Positions 1 through 9,177 of a DNA stretch of 64,000 bases are shown one piece after another. The notes under the pieces were generated by a model. It saw only the letters and a list, made by a program, of their open reading frames with translations, had not been told where the DNA came from and searched no databases. The stretch comes from an uncultured Actinomycetota bacterium (GTDB taxonomy: Bacteria; Actinomycetota; UBA4738; HRBIN12): positions 97,683-161,682 of the forward strand of contig CAVPCM010000011.1 in the NCBI GenBank assembly GCA_963702405.1, given 5' to 3'. Every line of letters starts with the position of its first letter. The first letter of the stretch is position 1. Both the position numbers and the translations under genes were made by a program.

Positions 1-402
1 CAGCGCTCTGTGACGGGGCGGCGTCAGGACGACGACGTTCACCCGTCAAGGTTCGCGATCCCTACTTGCGGGGGTCGGCGACCCTCAGGAAGCGCCGTGA
101 GCCGTAGCTCCTGGTTGGTGGGGCCGCGGCTTGTCGCCCCGCCGAAGCATGTCGGATCGCCTCTAGCCGCCCGCCCCACCTCGTCAGTGTGGCCTGCCAG
201 ACGAGAATGGGTGCTGCTGGGGCCGATCGGAATCGTCGTTCGGGTGGCGCGAAAGCCACTCCCATATGCTCACCACCAACGACATGACCCACTCCACTAT
301 TGAGAGGGTATACCCCCTGCCCTGGGGAGGTCGGTGACTTCGACCCCGACGGCATCCGGCGCTGGACCGGATCGGCATCAACGCCGACCGCGTACGCTTC
401 TT

Positions 403-422
403 GGTGTGTGTGTGTGTGTGTG
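403..422. repeat. (GT)10 dinucleotide microsatellite
   Basis: ttggtgtgtgtgtgtgtgtgtgagg read directly; sits 10 bp beyond the stop of the minus-strand ORF 433..948. Confidence 0.9.
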
Positions 423-432
423 AGGTTGTCGC

Positions 433-948
433 CTAGATGCACTGACTGGAGAACTGGAACGTGATGGGGTGGGACGCGTCGTACCGCCACGCGGTCGCGG
501 ACCCGTCTTTCCAGAAGATGCGGTACTGAGCCCGGACCCACATGGTGTCACCGTCCCTCACCCCGCCGAAGTTTTCTACGGGGTGCAGGCAGGGCGCCGG
601 GTTCGTCGCGCGGAGGAACCAGCTCGCAGAGTAGTTCTTCTGGTCGAAGGGCGATTCCTTGAGAACCGACGTCGACCCGCCCCGGGGAGCACGGTCGATG
701 ATCATCTGCAGGCTCTCAAGGCGAACGTGGTCAGTGTTGTCCATGCCGTAGTCCTCGAACAGGAACTCACCTCGAACCTCCTGCGGCTCGATCTGCGGGC
801 CGCCGATCGAGTGAAGCCGCAGATAGACCAACACGTCCTTGTTGGGCCACTCGATACGTTCGGTCCCCAGGATCTGAGCCTGAGCCACGCTCGGCATGGT
901 CACTAGCGCGGCCAGCGCCAACGCGAGGACAACAAGCCTTCTCTTCAT
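433..948 (-). CDS. secreted hypothetical protein (signal peptide MKRRLVVLALALAALVTMPSVAQA)
   Basis: ORF track 433..1191 trimmed to the first Met that is followed by a signal-peptide-like segment. Confidence 0.5.
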   Translation of the reverse strand: MKRRLVVLALALAALVTMPSVAQAQILGTERIEWPNKDVLVYLRLHSIGGPQIEPQEVRGEFLFEDYGMDNTDHVRLESLQMIIDRAPRGGSTSVLKESPFDQKNYSASWFLRATNPAPCLHPVENFGGVRDGDTMWVRAQYRIFWKDGSATAWRYDASHPITFQFSSQCI

Positions 949-989
949 CTCTGATCTGCCTTCCTCCCGTGGCACGCCCGCGTGGGGGC

Positions 990-1604
990 CTAATCCACGA
1001 CCTCCGATGTGCATGTGCCGCGGACGTTCCGGAGCACCTGAATGCGTTCCGCCTGAGCGGCTGCCTCCGTGAGGGAGGGAACATCGATGTCGCCCTCGAC
1101 GTACTGGCCTCCGTTCGGACGCACGTCGGTAGCCGTCAGGTCGACGGTGCCGATGACATCTCCTTCCGGACCGAGCACCTCGAGCTGGCACGTGACGGTG
1201 GCTGTGCGCTCCTCATAGTTGTGCACACGACCCGCCCACTGCGATCCGTCGTACCCGGGGCCGAGATAGTCGAAGTTGCCGACATGGGTGACGGCGTCGA
1301 TCGAAGCTCCGTCGCGGAACTGCTCCCAGACCCAACCGCCGAAGACGCCGACCGCTATCAGCACCGGCGCGACGATGCATCCACGGACCCCCATGAGCGA
1401 AGCGATCGTCAGTCCTAAGAAGGCCGCGAGTCCTCCCGCGAAGAAGTCCCACCTGCCCTCGACCTCACCCGCGAAGATCGAGGTGAAGAGAAGGAACCCG
1501 CCGCCCAGCAAGAGCAAGAGAGGCACCAGCGCCCACATCCCGGCGTCGCCCAGCGACCGGCGAGGGAAGATGTCATCCCATGGATCCTCGACGCGAACCC
1601 GCAT
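990..1604 (-). CDS. membrane-anchored hypothetical protein
   Basis: ORF track 990..1613; hydrophobic N-terminal segments. Confidence 0.4.
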   Translation of the reverse strand: MRVRVEDPWDDIFPRRSLGDAGMWALVPLLLLLGGGFLLFTSIFAGEVEGRWDFFAGGLAAFLGLTIASLMGVRGCIVAPVLIAVGVFGGWVWEQFRDGASIDAVTHVGNFDYLGPGYDGSQWAGRVHNYEERTATVTCQLEVLGPEGDVIGTVDLTATDVRPNGGQYVEGDIDVPSLTEAAAQAERIQVLRNVRGTCTSEVVD

Positions 1605-1720
1605 CCCGTGCACCCGCCGTCAAGTATCGCCGGAACGCTCGGAGAGGCGCAGGCTGAGGCTGTTGCGATCCGATGACTCTTCGAGTAGCTCGCCGAGCGC
1701 GGCGACCGCGCGCTCCTGGA

Positions 1721-1887
1721 TCAGCGGCGGATCCCGGATGGAAACGTCTGCGGCCAGCCGAACAGCTGACAGATCCGATCCCTCGTCTCCCACGACGGCG
1801 AGCGCTCGCCGGCCTCGATCTCCCGGTACTCCCGGATGCTCATCGCCGAGGCGCCATGCCACTTGCCCCATCGACCAGCCCGCTCGG
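1721..1887 (-). pseudogene. family-1 XRE-type HTH small gene, copy 1 (N-terminally truncated, no start codon)
   Basis: hand translation ...TLDAERAGRWGKWHGASAMSIREYREIEAGERSPSWETRDRICQLFGWPQTFPSGIRR*; in-frame stop upstream; contains the core repeat aacgtctgcggccagccgaacagctgacagatccg. Confidence 0.6.
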
Positions 1888-1921
1888 CGTCGAGCGTCCT
1901 CGATTCGATCGTTCGCCCGGA

Positions 1922-2689
1922 CTAGCGTCCCCGATCCCCCGCCTGAAGCCAGAACGCATCGAGTCTTGCGTGGATGTCTTCCTGATCCATCAGCTTGCCG
2001 ACATGCGCATGTAGCCCCCGGGTGGCCCGGAGAGTTGCGGCCCTGACCGCCTTCACGGGTGCCCCCGCTATGGCGGCGAGTGCACGGTTCAGCAAGTCAG
2101 CCCGGAGTGGGAGTAGCTCCTCCGCCGTCAGATGGTCGGGCAGGATCCCACGCTCGGCCAGACTGGCGAGCGCCTCCTCGTGGTACTCGAGAAGGTGCTC
2201 TGCCCTCGCCCCTGGGAAGACCTGCCGCAGCTCGCCCGGCCAGAAATACAAGCCCAGTCCCGATGTTGATGTGGCGAGAGTCCCTTGGCGTCCCGCCAAC
2301 GATGAGGTCAGTTCAAGGACGATGCTGTCCTTGCGCTTCGGGTGAACGTAGAGGACCGTCTCTGCAACAACCCCGTCTCTCGGTCGAAGCCGGATCGCGT
2401 AGGTCGTGTTGGTCTTGTTGGTTTGATCGTGGGTAATCGCGATCGGTTCGAACCCCAGTGCTTCGAAGATGCATCCCCAGGTTCCAGCTCGGGGGGCAGC
2501 GGAACCTGAGTCGCGCTGTATGCATCCAGTCCCCGTCGCCTCAGTCGACGCCCGTTGACGATCTTCTCGAAGGGCCTGCTCACATAGTTGGCGACGATCA
2601 GGAGCACGATGAGGCCGAATGCCCCAGCTAGCAGGAGAGCAAGTCTCGTATCGAAGAATTCGGCCACGGTCATTGCGATCACCAAGCAA
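1922..2689 (-). CDS. hypothetical protein (the C-terminal 180 aa or so is credible; start unclear; alternative small TM ORF 2308..2685)
   Basis: ORF track; stop lies immediately next to HTH copy 1. Confidence 0.3.
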   Translation of the reverse strand: MLGDRNDRGRILRYETCSPASWGIRPHRAPDRRQLCEQALREDRQRASTEATGTGCIQRDSGSAAPRAGTWGCIFEALGFEPIAITHDQTNKTNTTYAIRLRPRDGVVAETVLYVHPKRKDSIVLELTSSLAGRQGTLATSTSGLGLYFWPGELRQVFPGARAEHLLEYHEEALASLAERGILPDHLTAEELLPLRADLLNRALAAIAGAPVKAVRAATLRATRGLHAHVGKLMDQEDIHARLDAFWLQAGDRGR

Positions 2690-2707
2690 TCCTATGGTCA
2701 GCGATGT

Positions 2708-2783
2708 TCAGCCCGCGAACGTCTGCGGCCAGCCGTACAGCTCGCAGATCCGATCCCATGTCTCGAAGCTTGGAGAGGGTCCT
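2708..2783 (-). repeat. family-1 HTH gene 3'-end fragment, copy 2 (encodes ...PSPSFETWDRICELYGWPQTFAG*)
   Basis: core gaacgtctgcggccagccgtacagctcgcagatccg; flanked by in-frame stops; the stop of upstream cargo gene 2793..3350 is about 10 bp away. Confidence 0.7.
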
Positions 2784-2792
2784 AGCGTCCGG

Positions 2793-3350
2793 TCAGAACG
2801 GCGGCCCGCCATTACCGGAACGACCGATCAACCAGTCCACGAGGGGGTCGTCCTCTTCGTGCTCCCCCGATGACCGCGACGCTCGCCACGCCGGCACCAG
2901 GAACAGCAGCGTGACGAAGGCGACGTTGAACGCAAGCAGCGCCTGGACCCAGAAGTCATCGAACCCCCGGAGGCACGCATAACAGATCCGACCCGCCTCC
3001 GCGTGGATCCGGAGGATCAACAGCGTCCCGACGACGACCGTGCCGAATGCCGGGACCAGCGCCATGGGGTATCGACCCAGCGGGGCGTGGGTTCCCAAGG
3101 CGAGCCCGGCGAGGCCGAACCCGATCAGGCCGATGCTCCCCAGGATGACCGCGCCGTGCACGAGGGTTTCGAGGTGATCGCCTCCGTAGAGCCCGGAGAA
3201 GAGGTAAGCGCAGAAAGAAAGAACCGAGGAGCCGACCAACCCCGCTCCCGCTGCGCGCGCCCCGCCGACGAGAAGGACTACTCCGACGATCAGGCAGCCG
3301 AACACCCAGTGAACCAGGAGGTCCTGAGACGAGCTAGGGAAGTCCATCAC
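2793..3350 (-). CDS. polytopic membrane protein, hypothetical
   Basis: ORF track; several hydrophobic segments. Confidence 0.55.
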   Translation of the reverse strand: MMDFPSSSQDLLVHWVFGCLIVGVVLLVGGARAAGAGLVGSSVLSFCAYLFSGLYGGDHLETLVHGAVILGSIGLIGFGLAGLALGTHAPLGRYPMALVPAFGTVVVGTLLILRIHAEAGRICYACLRGFDDFWVQALLAFNVAFVTLLFLVPAWRASRSSGEHEEDDPLVDWLIGRSGNGGPPF

Positions 3351-3390
3351 TCGGATGGAAGCACGCGTATGCGGCCCTGAGCAACGGCCG

Positions 3391-3570
3391 CTACAGAACC
3401 GTCACGAGGTCTGCGGCCAGCCCGTACAGCTTGCAGATCCGGTCCAACGTCTCGAAGCTCGGCCAGCGCTCGCCGGCCTCGAGCTCCCGGTCCTCGCGAA
3501 CGCTCACGCCGAGCCGCCACGCGGCCTAACCGACCGACCATCCCGCTCGGAGTCGATCGTCCTTGAGCAT
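3391..3570 (-). pseudogene. family-1 XRE-type HTH gene, near-complete 60-codon copy with one in-frame TAG
   Basis: hand translation MLKDDRLRAGWSVG*AAWRLGVSVREDRELEAGERWPSFETLDRICKLYGLAADLVTVL*; the amber codon is read on the plus strand as cta at 3526-3528. Confidence 0.65.
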
Positions 3571-3597
3571 CTGTCGAGCCCCTCGAGATGGTCGATT

Positions 3598-4080
3598 TCA
3601 CTGATCATTGAGCTGGAGAACGATCTCCTCGACGTCGTCGTCGGCTCTCACCAGGTCGATCTCCTCGAACCCACATTTCTCCAAGACCCGGCGCGACCCG
3701 ACGTTGTGTACGGCGACGTGCGCGACGAGCGGCCGCTCGCCCACGATCTCTACGAACCCGGCGAGCGCGGCGGTGGCAACCCCTTTGCCCCAGTGCTCAC
3801 GCCCTACCCAGTAGCCGACCGCTCGCTCCTCGTCGTCCCAACAGGCGATCCAGCCCGCCACGTCGCCGTCGACCACAATGGTCCTCGTGATCACCCGGCG
3901 GATCGGCCCGGATCTTCGCCTGATGCGCGATGAACGCCTCCCTGTCACGCGGTGGAAACGCCGCCATCCCGTTGGCGAGGGGGTCGCGCCGGTGGTCGAA
4001 GAAGGTCGGCAGATCCGCGTCGAGTGTCTCGCGCAGGCGCACGTCCACGATCGCCGATCCTACGCCACGCTCGCCACGCG
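3598..4080 (-). pseudogene. GNAT family N-acetyltransferase with a frameshift near 3945
   Basis: C-terminal GNAT motif ...GWIACWDDEERAVGYWVGREHWGKGVATAAL... in ORF 3598..3948; N-terminal part ...LPTFFDHRRDPLANGMAAFPPRDREAFIAHQAKIRADP in the frame of ORF 3797..4444. Confidence 0.55.
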
Positions 4081-4093
4081 TTAGGCTCGGGTC

Positions 4094-4663
4094 ATGGCGG
4101 CCGAGTCGCAGATGTTGCCCCTTGGGACCGAGGCCCCGGACTTCGCCCTCCCCGACGTCGTGACGGGCGAGACCGTGAAGCTCACCGATCTCTCGGAGGC
4201 GGCGGCGCTCCTCGTGATGTTCATCTGCAGGCATTGCCCGTACGTGGCGCACGTACGCCCCGGACTCGCCCGCCTCGGCCACGATCACACCGACACCGGG
4301 CTCGCGATCGTCGCGATCAGCCCGAACGATCCCCTCACCTACCCCGAGGACGCCCCCGTGAGCCTGGCGGGGGAGGCGCGCGAGGCCGGGTACGTGTTCC
4401 CCTACCTCTTCGACGAGACGCAGGAGGTCGCGAAGGCGTACCACGCCGCGTGCACACCCGACTTCTTCCTGTTCAACGAGGACCGTCGGCTCGTGTACCG
4501 AGGGCAGTTCGACGACAGCCGGCCGGGAGGAGACCGCCCGCTCACCGGGGTGGATCTTCGGGGGGCGATCGATGCGGTGCTCGAGGGCCGCCCAGTTACC
4601 GATGACCAGCGACCGAGCGTGGGATGCAGCATCAAGTGGAGGCAGGGGAACGAGCCCGTGTAG
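4094..4663 (+). CDS. thioredoxin-like thiol-disulfide oxidoreductase (AhpC/TSA/redoxin fold, CxxC = CRHC)
   Basis: ORF track; motif FICRHCPYV. Confidence 0.8.
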   Translation: MAAESQMLPLGTEAPDFALPDVVTGETVKLTDLSEAAALLVMFICRHCPYVAHVRPGLARLGHDHTDTGLAIVAISPNDPLTYPEDAPVSLAGEAREAGYVFPYLFDETQEVAKAYHAACTPDFFLFNEDRRLVYRGQFDDSRPGGDRPLTGVDLRGAIDAVLEGRPVTDDQRPSVGCSIKWRQGNEPV

Positions 4664-4730
4664 GGCTCGCTGATGCTTCCACGGGAGATGGCTGAACGGG
4701 TCGAGACTGCGTCGAGTTCGACCACGCCGG

Positions 4731-4875
4731 TCATCTCGATGGTGTACCTGACGTGAACGTCTGCGGCCACCCGTACAGATCGCAGATCCGGTGGAAGGTC
4801 TCCCAGGTCGGCCAGCGCTCGCCGGCCTCTATCTCCCGGTCCTCGCGGATGCTCACCCGTCGCCGCCCGGTTGGG
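4731..4875 (-). pseudogene. family-1 HTH gene fragment, copy 4 (VSIREDREIEAGERWPTWETFHRICDLYGWPQTFTSGTPSR*), N-terminus removed
   Basis: hand translation; abuts integrase stub A. Confidence 0.6.
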
Positions 4876-4879
4876 CGAC

Positions 4880-4986
4880 ACGATCACGACCATGTTGACG
4901 CACTACGCGCACGTGACGCCGGCCGCCTCGCGTCAAGCGGCGGATCGGCTGGCGGCGGTGCTCGACGAACGTTGACCGCCCCGCTT
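4880..4986 (+). pseudogene. tyrosine recombinase (phage integrase) C-terminal stub A (...LGDTITTMLTHYAHVTPAASRQAADRLAAVLDER*)
   Basis: hand translation of the plus strand; matches the catalytic-Tyr tail of integrases; no upstream integrase ORF found. Confidence 0.6.
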
Positions 4987-5050
4987 GGGGCATCTTTGGG
5001 GCACCCTGACGTGTGGTCGATTCCGAGTGGTTCGCGTTTCCGCAGGTAGA

Positions 5051-5111
5051 TGGTGTCGGAGGGGGGATTTGAACCCCCACCCCCTGTGAAGGGGACTAGG
5101 CCCTCAACCTA
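5051..5111 (-). repeat. direct repeat of the tRNA-Leu(GAG) 3' half including CCA (att-like boundary 1)
   Basis: tggtgtcggaggggggatttgaacccccaccccctgtgaaggggactaggccctcaaccta matches 15664-15733 and the 3' half of the tRNA at 24923-25008. Confidence 0.85.
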
Positions 5112-5362
5112 TGGGGGTACGTGGCAGGCAGTGTCGCTGGGTGTCGTCCGGTGCTCTGGCCTGCACCGATACGGGAGACCTAGTGGCGCTCGTGTCATGC
5201 CGTGGAGTCGTCTGCTTCGTCTCCTGGGGAAATGCTTGGGGAAACGGCTACGCCGGGAAGTCGAGCTGCCCCTGGCCGACTGCCATCTACCCAAGGGCTA
5301 GCGGAAGTGTCGGAACCCCCTCGTATGGTTTCGGGACTTCCCACGAGCAGGAAGGAGCACCC

Positions 5363-5902
5363 ATGGCCGACCAGTGGCCGCCGGTGATCATCTCCATCGC
5401 CGCGCTGCTGTTCACTGTTACGAGCTTCTGGTGGATCCATTGGCGTCGTGGGAAGCTCCAGGTTGCGGCACCACGGACCTACGCGGCGGCCGCAAGCACC
5501 GACAAGATGATCCTGTTGTTTCCGTTCGTCTTCCACAACACTGGCCCACGCGCCTATGTTGTGCGCGACCTACGCCTGCGCTTCACAGATGAGCCGGATG
5601 GTCGTCCGATGAACTGGGAGCGAGTGCGCGAGAGAATCCAGGCACCCGAGATGAGGTTCGCTGCCGGGTTCCCGGTGGCTGGAGGCGCGGCCATCCAGAT
5701 GTTCTGCGAGTTCGAGCGACGGCCTCCTAGTCGCAGCGTGGACGCGCGCGCCCATCCGCTGGTCCTCGAAGCGTTGACGGACAAGAACGATGAGTGGCGC
5801 ACCATCTCGGCGTTCAAGCTGCACATAAGCCCCAAGGACGCGGAGACCATGAAAGGAGGCGCCTTCATCCCGTTTCGGAATGAAGCTGATCATTTGCCCT
5901 GA
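5363..5902 (+). CDS. membrane-anchored hypothetical protein
   Basis: ORF 5111..5902 trimmed to MADQWPP..., which has an upstream ggaaggag RBS; TM helix IISIAALLFTVTSFWWI. Confidence 0.5.
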   Translation: MADQWPPVIISIAALLFTVTSFWWIHWRRGKLQVAAPRTYAAAASTDKMILLFPFVFHNTGPRAYVVRDLRLRFTDEPDGRPMNWERVRERIQAPEMRFAAGFPVAGGAAIQMFCEFERRPPSRSVDARAHPLVLEALTDKNDEWRTISAFKLHISPKDAETMKGGAFIPFRNEADHLP

Positions 5903-6063
5903 CCACGGGGTCTAGGTCGCCGAACAGCTCGCAGATCCGGTGGAACGTCTCCCAGTTCAGCCAGCGAGCGCCGGCGTCGATCTCTCGCCACGCTGATCGC
6001 GACCTCACGTGAGATCCGCCCGGGTGACGTTGTGCTCCCGGTACTCGCGGACGCTCACTCCGA
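5902..6063 (-). pseudogene. family-1 HTH gene copy 5, disrupted by an insertion of about 54 bp that carries an inverted family-2 junction 17-mer
   Basis: LGVSVREYRE ... IDAGARWLNWETFHRICELFG are separated by an insert containing ctcgccacgctgatcgc. Confidence 0.55.
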
Positions 6064-6070
6064 GGCGCCC

Positions 6071-7412
6071 CTACGGACAGGCCGCCCCGTTACAGGTTGC
6101 GAGGCGACCCAGGCGCCGGTGTGATCCGGACGGTGGCTCGTTCCCGGGGACGCCGTCCCGGTAGAGGTTCCTCAGTTGCCTGCGATCGTCGACCATGTCG
6201 TAGGCCTCGTGGGTGAGGTAGGTCCCGTCGAGGCGGTAGTACTCGATGTACTCGAGCGTCGGCGTGATGAACGCCTTCCACGTCGGCACGCGGAAGCCGG
6301 GCCAGCTGTAGAACTCGAGCAGAAGCTCCGAGCGTGGGTTCCCGAAGAGGCTGCGACCGTCGAGCACCTTGGAGGTGGGAACGCCCGCCAGGTCGAGCAA
6401 GGTCGTGGGAAGGTCCAGGAGGGCCACGATATTGGAGCGACGGCCGGGGGCGATCTGGCCGGGCCAGCTCACGTAGAGCGGGACCCTTACCGAGGGGATG
6501 TAGGGCGTGGTCTTGCCGACGAGTCCGTGGTCGCCCCACTGCATCCCGTTGTCGGAGGTGAACACGATGATCGTGTTCTCCTCGCCGGTCTCCTCGAGGC
6601 GCTGGCGCACCGCACCGAGCATGTCGTCGATGGACTTGAGCGAGCGGAGGACCTTATCCCGAGACCTGATGACGTGGTCGACATCCGGAGGTGTGATGGC
6701 TCTCAGCCATGCAGGCTTGTCGCTCCGATTCCTCTCGCTCGGCGGGGTGAACGCTGTCACGGGGAGATCGGCGTAGGCGGGCTCGGGCGTCCCCGGAGCG
6801 TGCGGTGTGATCGGGTCGATGAAGATCAGCCAGGGTGAGGCGTCGTCGGTCTCTGTCGATGCCAGGAAGCTCAGGGCGATCACGGAGGTAGTGGGTCGAG
6901 TACGTCCCATCCTGCGCTTCCTGCTCCCCGTTCACGTTCCACGGCTCGCCGCTGTAGTAGGCGCCGACGGAGGGCATGATGCCCCAGTCGTCGAAGCCCG
7001 CAGGCGCGATCTGCGGCCACCCGTTCAGGTACTTGCCGTAGAAGCCGGTCTGGTACCCGGCCGCCTTGAAGTCCGGGATCACGCTCTTGTCGTTCACGGC
7101 GTTGTACTCGTCATGCGTCAGGCTGCCCTTCGTGACGAGGTGGTTGTGGGTGTAGAGGCCGGTGAAGATGGAGGCGCGAGACGGGCAGCAGAACGGAGTT
7201 GTCGCATAGGCCCTGTCGAAGATCGCCCCTTCGGCGCCGAGCCTTCTAACCTCTGGCATCAACTGGAAGGTGCCGGTCGACCTCTGGTCGTCGGTCACTA
7301 TCACCAAGATGTTCGGGCGCTCCTCGGCGCTGGCCACAGTCGGCAATACGGTGGGGATGGATGCAGTCAAGGCGACCAAGAGGAGGACCGAGACTCTCTT
7401 GGGAAGTCGGCA
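6071..7412 (-). pseudogene. sulfatase (arylsulfatase family) with a frameshift near 6900
   Basis: N-terminal part has the sulfatase signature TTPFCCPSRASIFTG (ORF 6654..7538); C-terminal part ...TSDNGMQWGDHGLVGKT... in ORF 6071..6910. Confidence 0.7.
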
Positions 7413-8046
7413 TCCGAACACGGGACGGCGTTGAGTAGGTAGCAATCCCTTCACTGTTCTCCGTCCGCGGCGCGAGGATGCGTCATGATGTAGCTGTCGG
7501 CATGCACCGAAGGGCAATTGAGTGTGGTGACCACGCATCGGTCCGACCGGCGCGCGAGAGGCTCAGCCGCCGGTCCGTCCAAAGCTTGTTGAACCCTCGT
7601 ACCCCCGCCTTGAGGTCAGTTACCTCGCAAATTGTCTTCGGCCAATGTCTACTCGAGGACAGGCCGGTCTTTCGGTGAGCGCGGCGGCTCTCGTTGGGAG
7701 CACCGTCAGCCGGATGACCGGCGGGTAGGAGTCCGACAGCACCACGTCGAGCAGGTGGCGCGGGACGCTAGCAAGCATGAAGATCCCGGGGCCAGTCCAC
7801 AGATGGCCAAGCGCTGTCGCGATCCTGGTCGAGACGTGAGCGTGGGCTCGACTCGTGTCGCTTCTCTGCGGCTGAGGATCTTCATCCCCAATAGCGGTGA
7901 AGGAGTCCGGCCTCTCGGACGAGATCGACGTCGCGGTACGGCCTCCGGGGGTCTGGATGCCGCGATTTGACCCTCCCTCCCGCTCGGGGTAGCGTGGGGC
8001 TCACGACTTACGACGATCGGCGTAGAACCCGTTTGGGGAGGGACCC

Positions 8047-8583
8047 ATGAGACGAGCTCAGGTTGTTGTGTCACTCATCCTATTCACGTTGGGAGCGTGG
8101 GTATCGGCCGCGGCGCCGGCAGCAGCCGTCGCTCCGATCCCGGAACCGTACGGTCCGTCTTCGGCCGGCGGATCGGTCGCCGGGACGTACCCGGCCGGCG
8201 TCGCCTGCCCCTTCGCCGTCTCGTTGGAGATCGTCTCGGGAGGCACCGGTCAGCAGTTAACGTTCGTCGACCGAAACGGTGACGTCGTTCGCATCTTCAA
8301 CCGAGTGACGCCCTCGACGTGGGTGATCACGAACCTCGACACCGGGGAGTCTCACTCCCTCCAGCTTCCGGCCGGCACAGGCAGGATTACCTTCGCGGCG
8401 GACGGCACCACCACGGTCACCATCACCGGGGGTGCGATCGGGTTCAATTCCCCAACGGACACGCCTCCGGGCCCGTTCTCGCTGACCAACGTCGGTCGGC
8501 TCGTCTTCGTGATCGCCCCGGATGGAACTGGAACGCTCTCTTTGCGGGGTGACCAGACCGACCTCTGTGCCACGGTCAACTAA
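8047..8583 (+). CDS. secreted hypothetical protein
   Basis: ORF track; N-terminal signal peptide. Confidence 0.5.
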   Translation: MRRAQVVVSLILFTLGAWVSAAAPAAAVAPIPEPYGPSSAGGSVAGTYPAGVACPFAVSLEIVSGGTGQQLTFVDRNGDVVRIFNRVTPSTWVITNLDTGESHSLQLPAGTGRITFAADGTTTVTITGGAIGFNSPTDTPPGPFSLTNVGRLVFVIAPDGTGTLSLRGDQTDLCATVN

Positions 8584-8869
8584 CGTCCGACCTCGCGGGA
8601 GCCGTCGCCACCACCTCCGTCAAGCTGCGAGCCCCCGCTCCGCTCCGGTAGAACCGCCGGACGAGGTGGCCGTGCACCAGCACGGCGTCGCCCTTGGCGA
8701 TCCCGTCGATGGTCCGGGCGCCGACCGTCGCGTGCCACGCCGCGACCGGGAGGGGGAGGAGGCGTCGTCCCGCCTCCGGAACGGACAATCGGAGCTCCGT
8801 GACCTCGTCTCCCGACGGCATCCGCCGCTGCACCGGATCCGCGGCGACCGTGCCCGCGAGCACGACCAC
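8576..8869 (-). CDS. short SSB-like OB-fold ssDNA-binding protein (no acidic tail)
   Basis: MVVLAGTVAADPVQRRMPSGDEVTELRLSV...WHATVGARTIDGIAKGDAVLVHGHLVRRFYRSG...EVVA pattern resembles an SSB N-domain. Confidence 0.45.
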   Translation of the reverse strand: MVVLAGTVAADPVQRRMPSGDEVTELRLSVPEAGRRLLPLPVAAWHATVGARTIDGIAKGDAVLVHGHLVRRFYRSGAGARSLTEVVATAPARSDVS

Positions 8870-8973
8870 GTACCCATTAGGGCGCTACGAAGGAGGGACT
8901 AGCGGTCCGACGGACGATGCCTCAGGATGCCCCGGTGAGGGACGGATGGGCGTCCCCGGAGGGGGTCGATCCA

Positions 8974-9086
8974 TGAAGTTCGAGAAGTGGTCTGAGGCAA
9001 GCACGTCAACCCAGGTCGTCCGTATCGTGTCCGCGGTGGCGGTAGTGATGATCCTCTTCATGTTCCTGTACGCCTTCGTCTTCTAG
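8974..9086 (+). CDS. small single-TM protein (MKFEKW...VVMILFMFLYAFVF)
   Basis: inner Met of ORF 8694..9086. Confidence 0.3.
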
Positions 9087-9087
9087 C

Positions 9088-9160
9088 GAACGTCTGCGCT
9101 TCAGGCGCCGAGGTCCCGGATCGCGCGGAGCAGCCGCAGCCGCAGCCGCAGCCGAATAAC
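9088..9160 (-). repeat. chimeric junction: family-1 terminal stub (gaacgtctgcg) fused to a family-2 3' fragment with a (CAGCCG)4 expansion
   Basis: gaacgtctgcgcttcaggcgccgaggtcccggatcgcgcggagcagccgcagccgcagccgcagccgaat. Confidence 0.6.
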
Positions 9161-9177
9161 CTCCTACGCTGAGCGGG

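Noticed and set aside
10-303. ORFs 10..303(+), 62..541(-), 184..381(-) at the window start
   Set aside because: Overlapping, low-complexity and without recognisable motifs. Cannot support a call from sequence alone.
7440-8040. Possible small genes between the sulfatase and the secreted-protein gene (7632..7970 +, 7706..8074 -)
   Set aside because: Mutually overlapping antisense ORFs with Arg/Pro-rich composition. No start or RBS context or family signal.
9088-9160. (CAGCCG)n / CRISPR-like or attC-like structure in family-2 units
   Set aside because: The hexamer encodes the Arg-Leu repeats of the family-2 protein tail (RLRLL). Palindromic potential of the unit is weak and unverified without folding, so it is kept only as a hypothesis inside the main finding.
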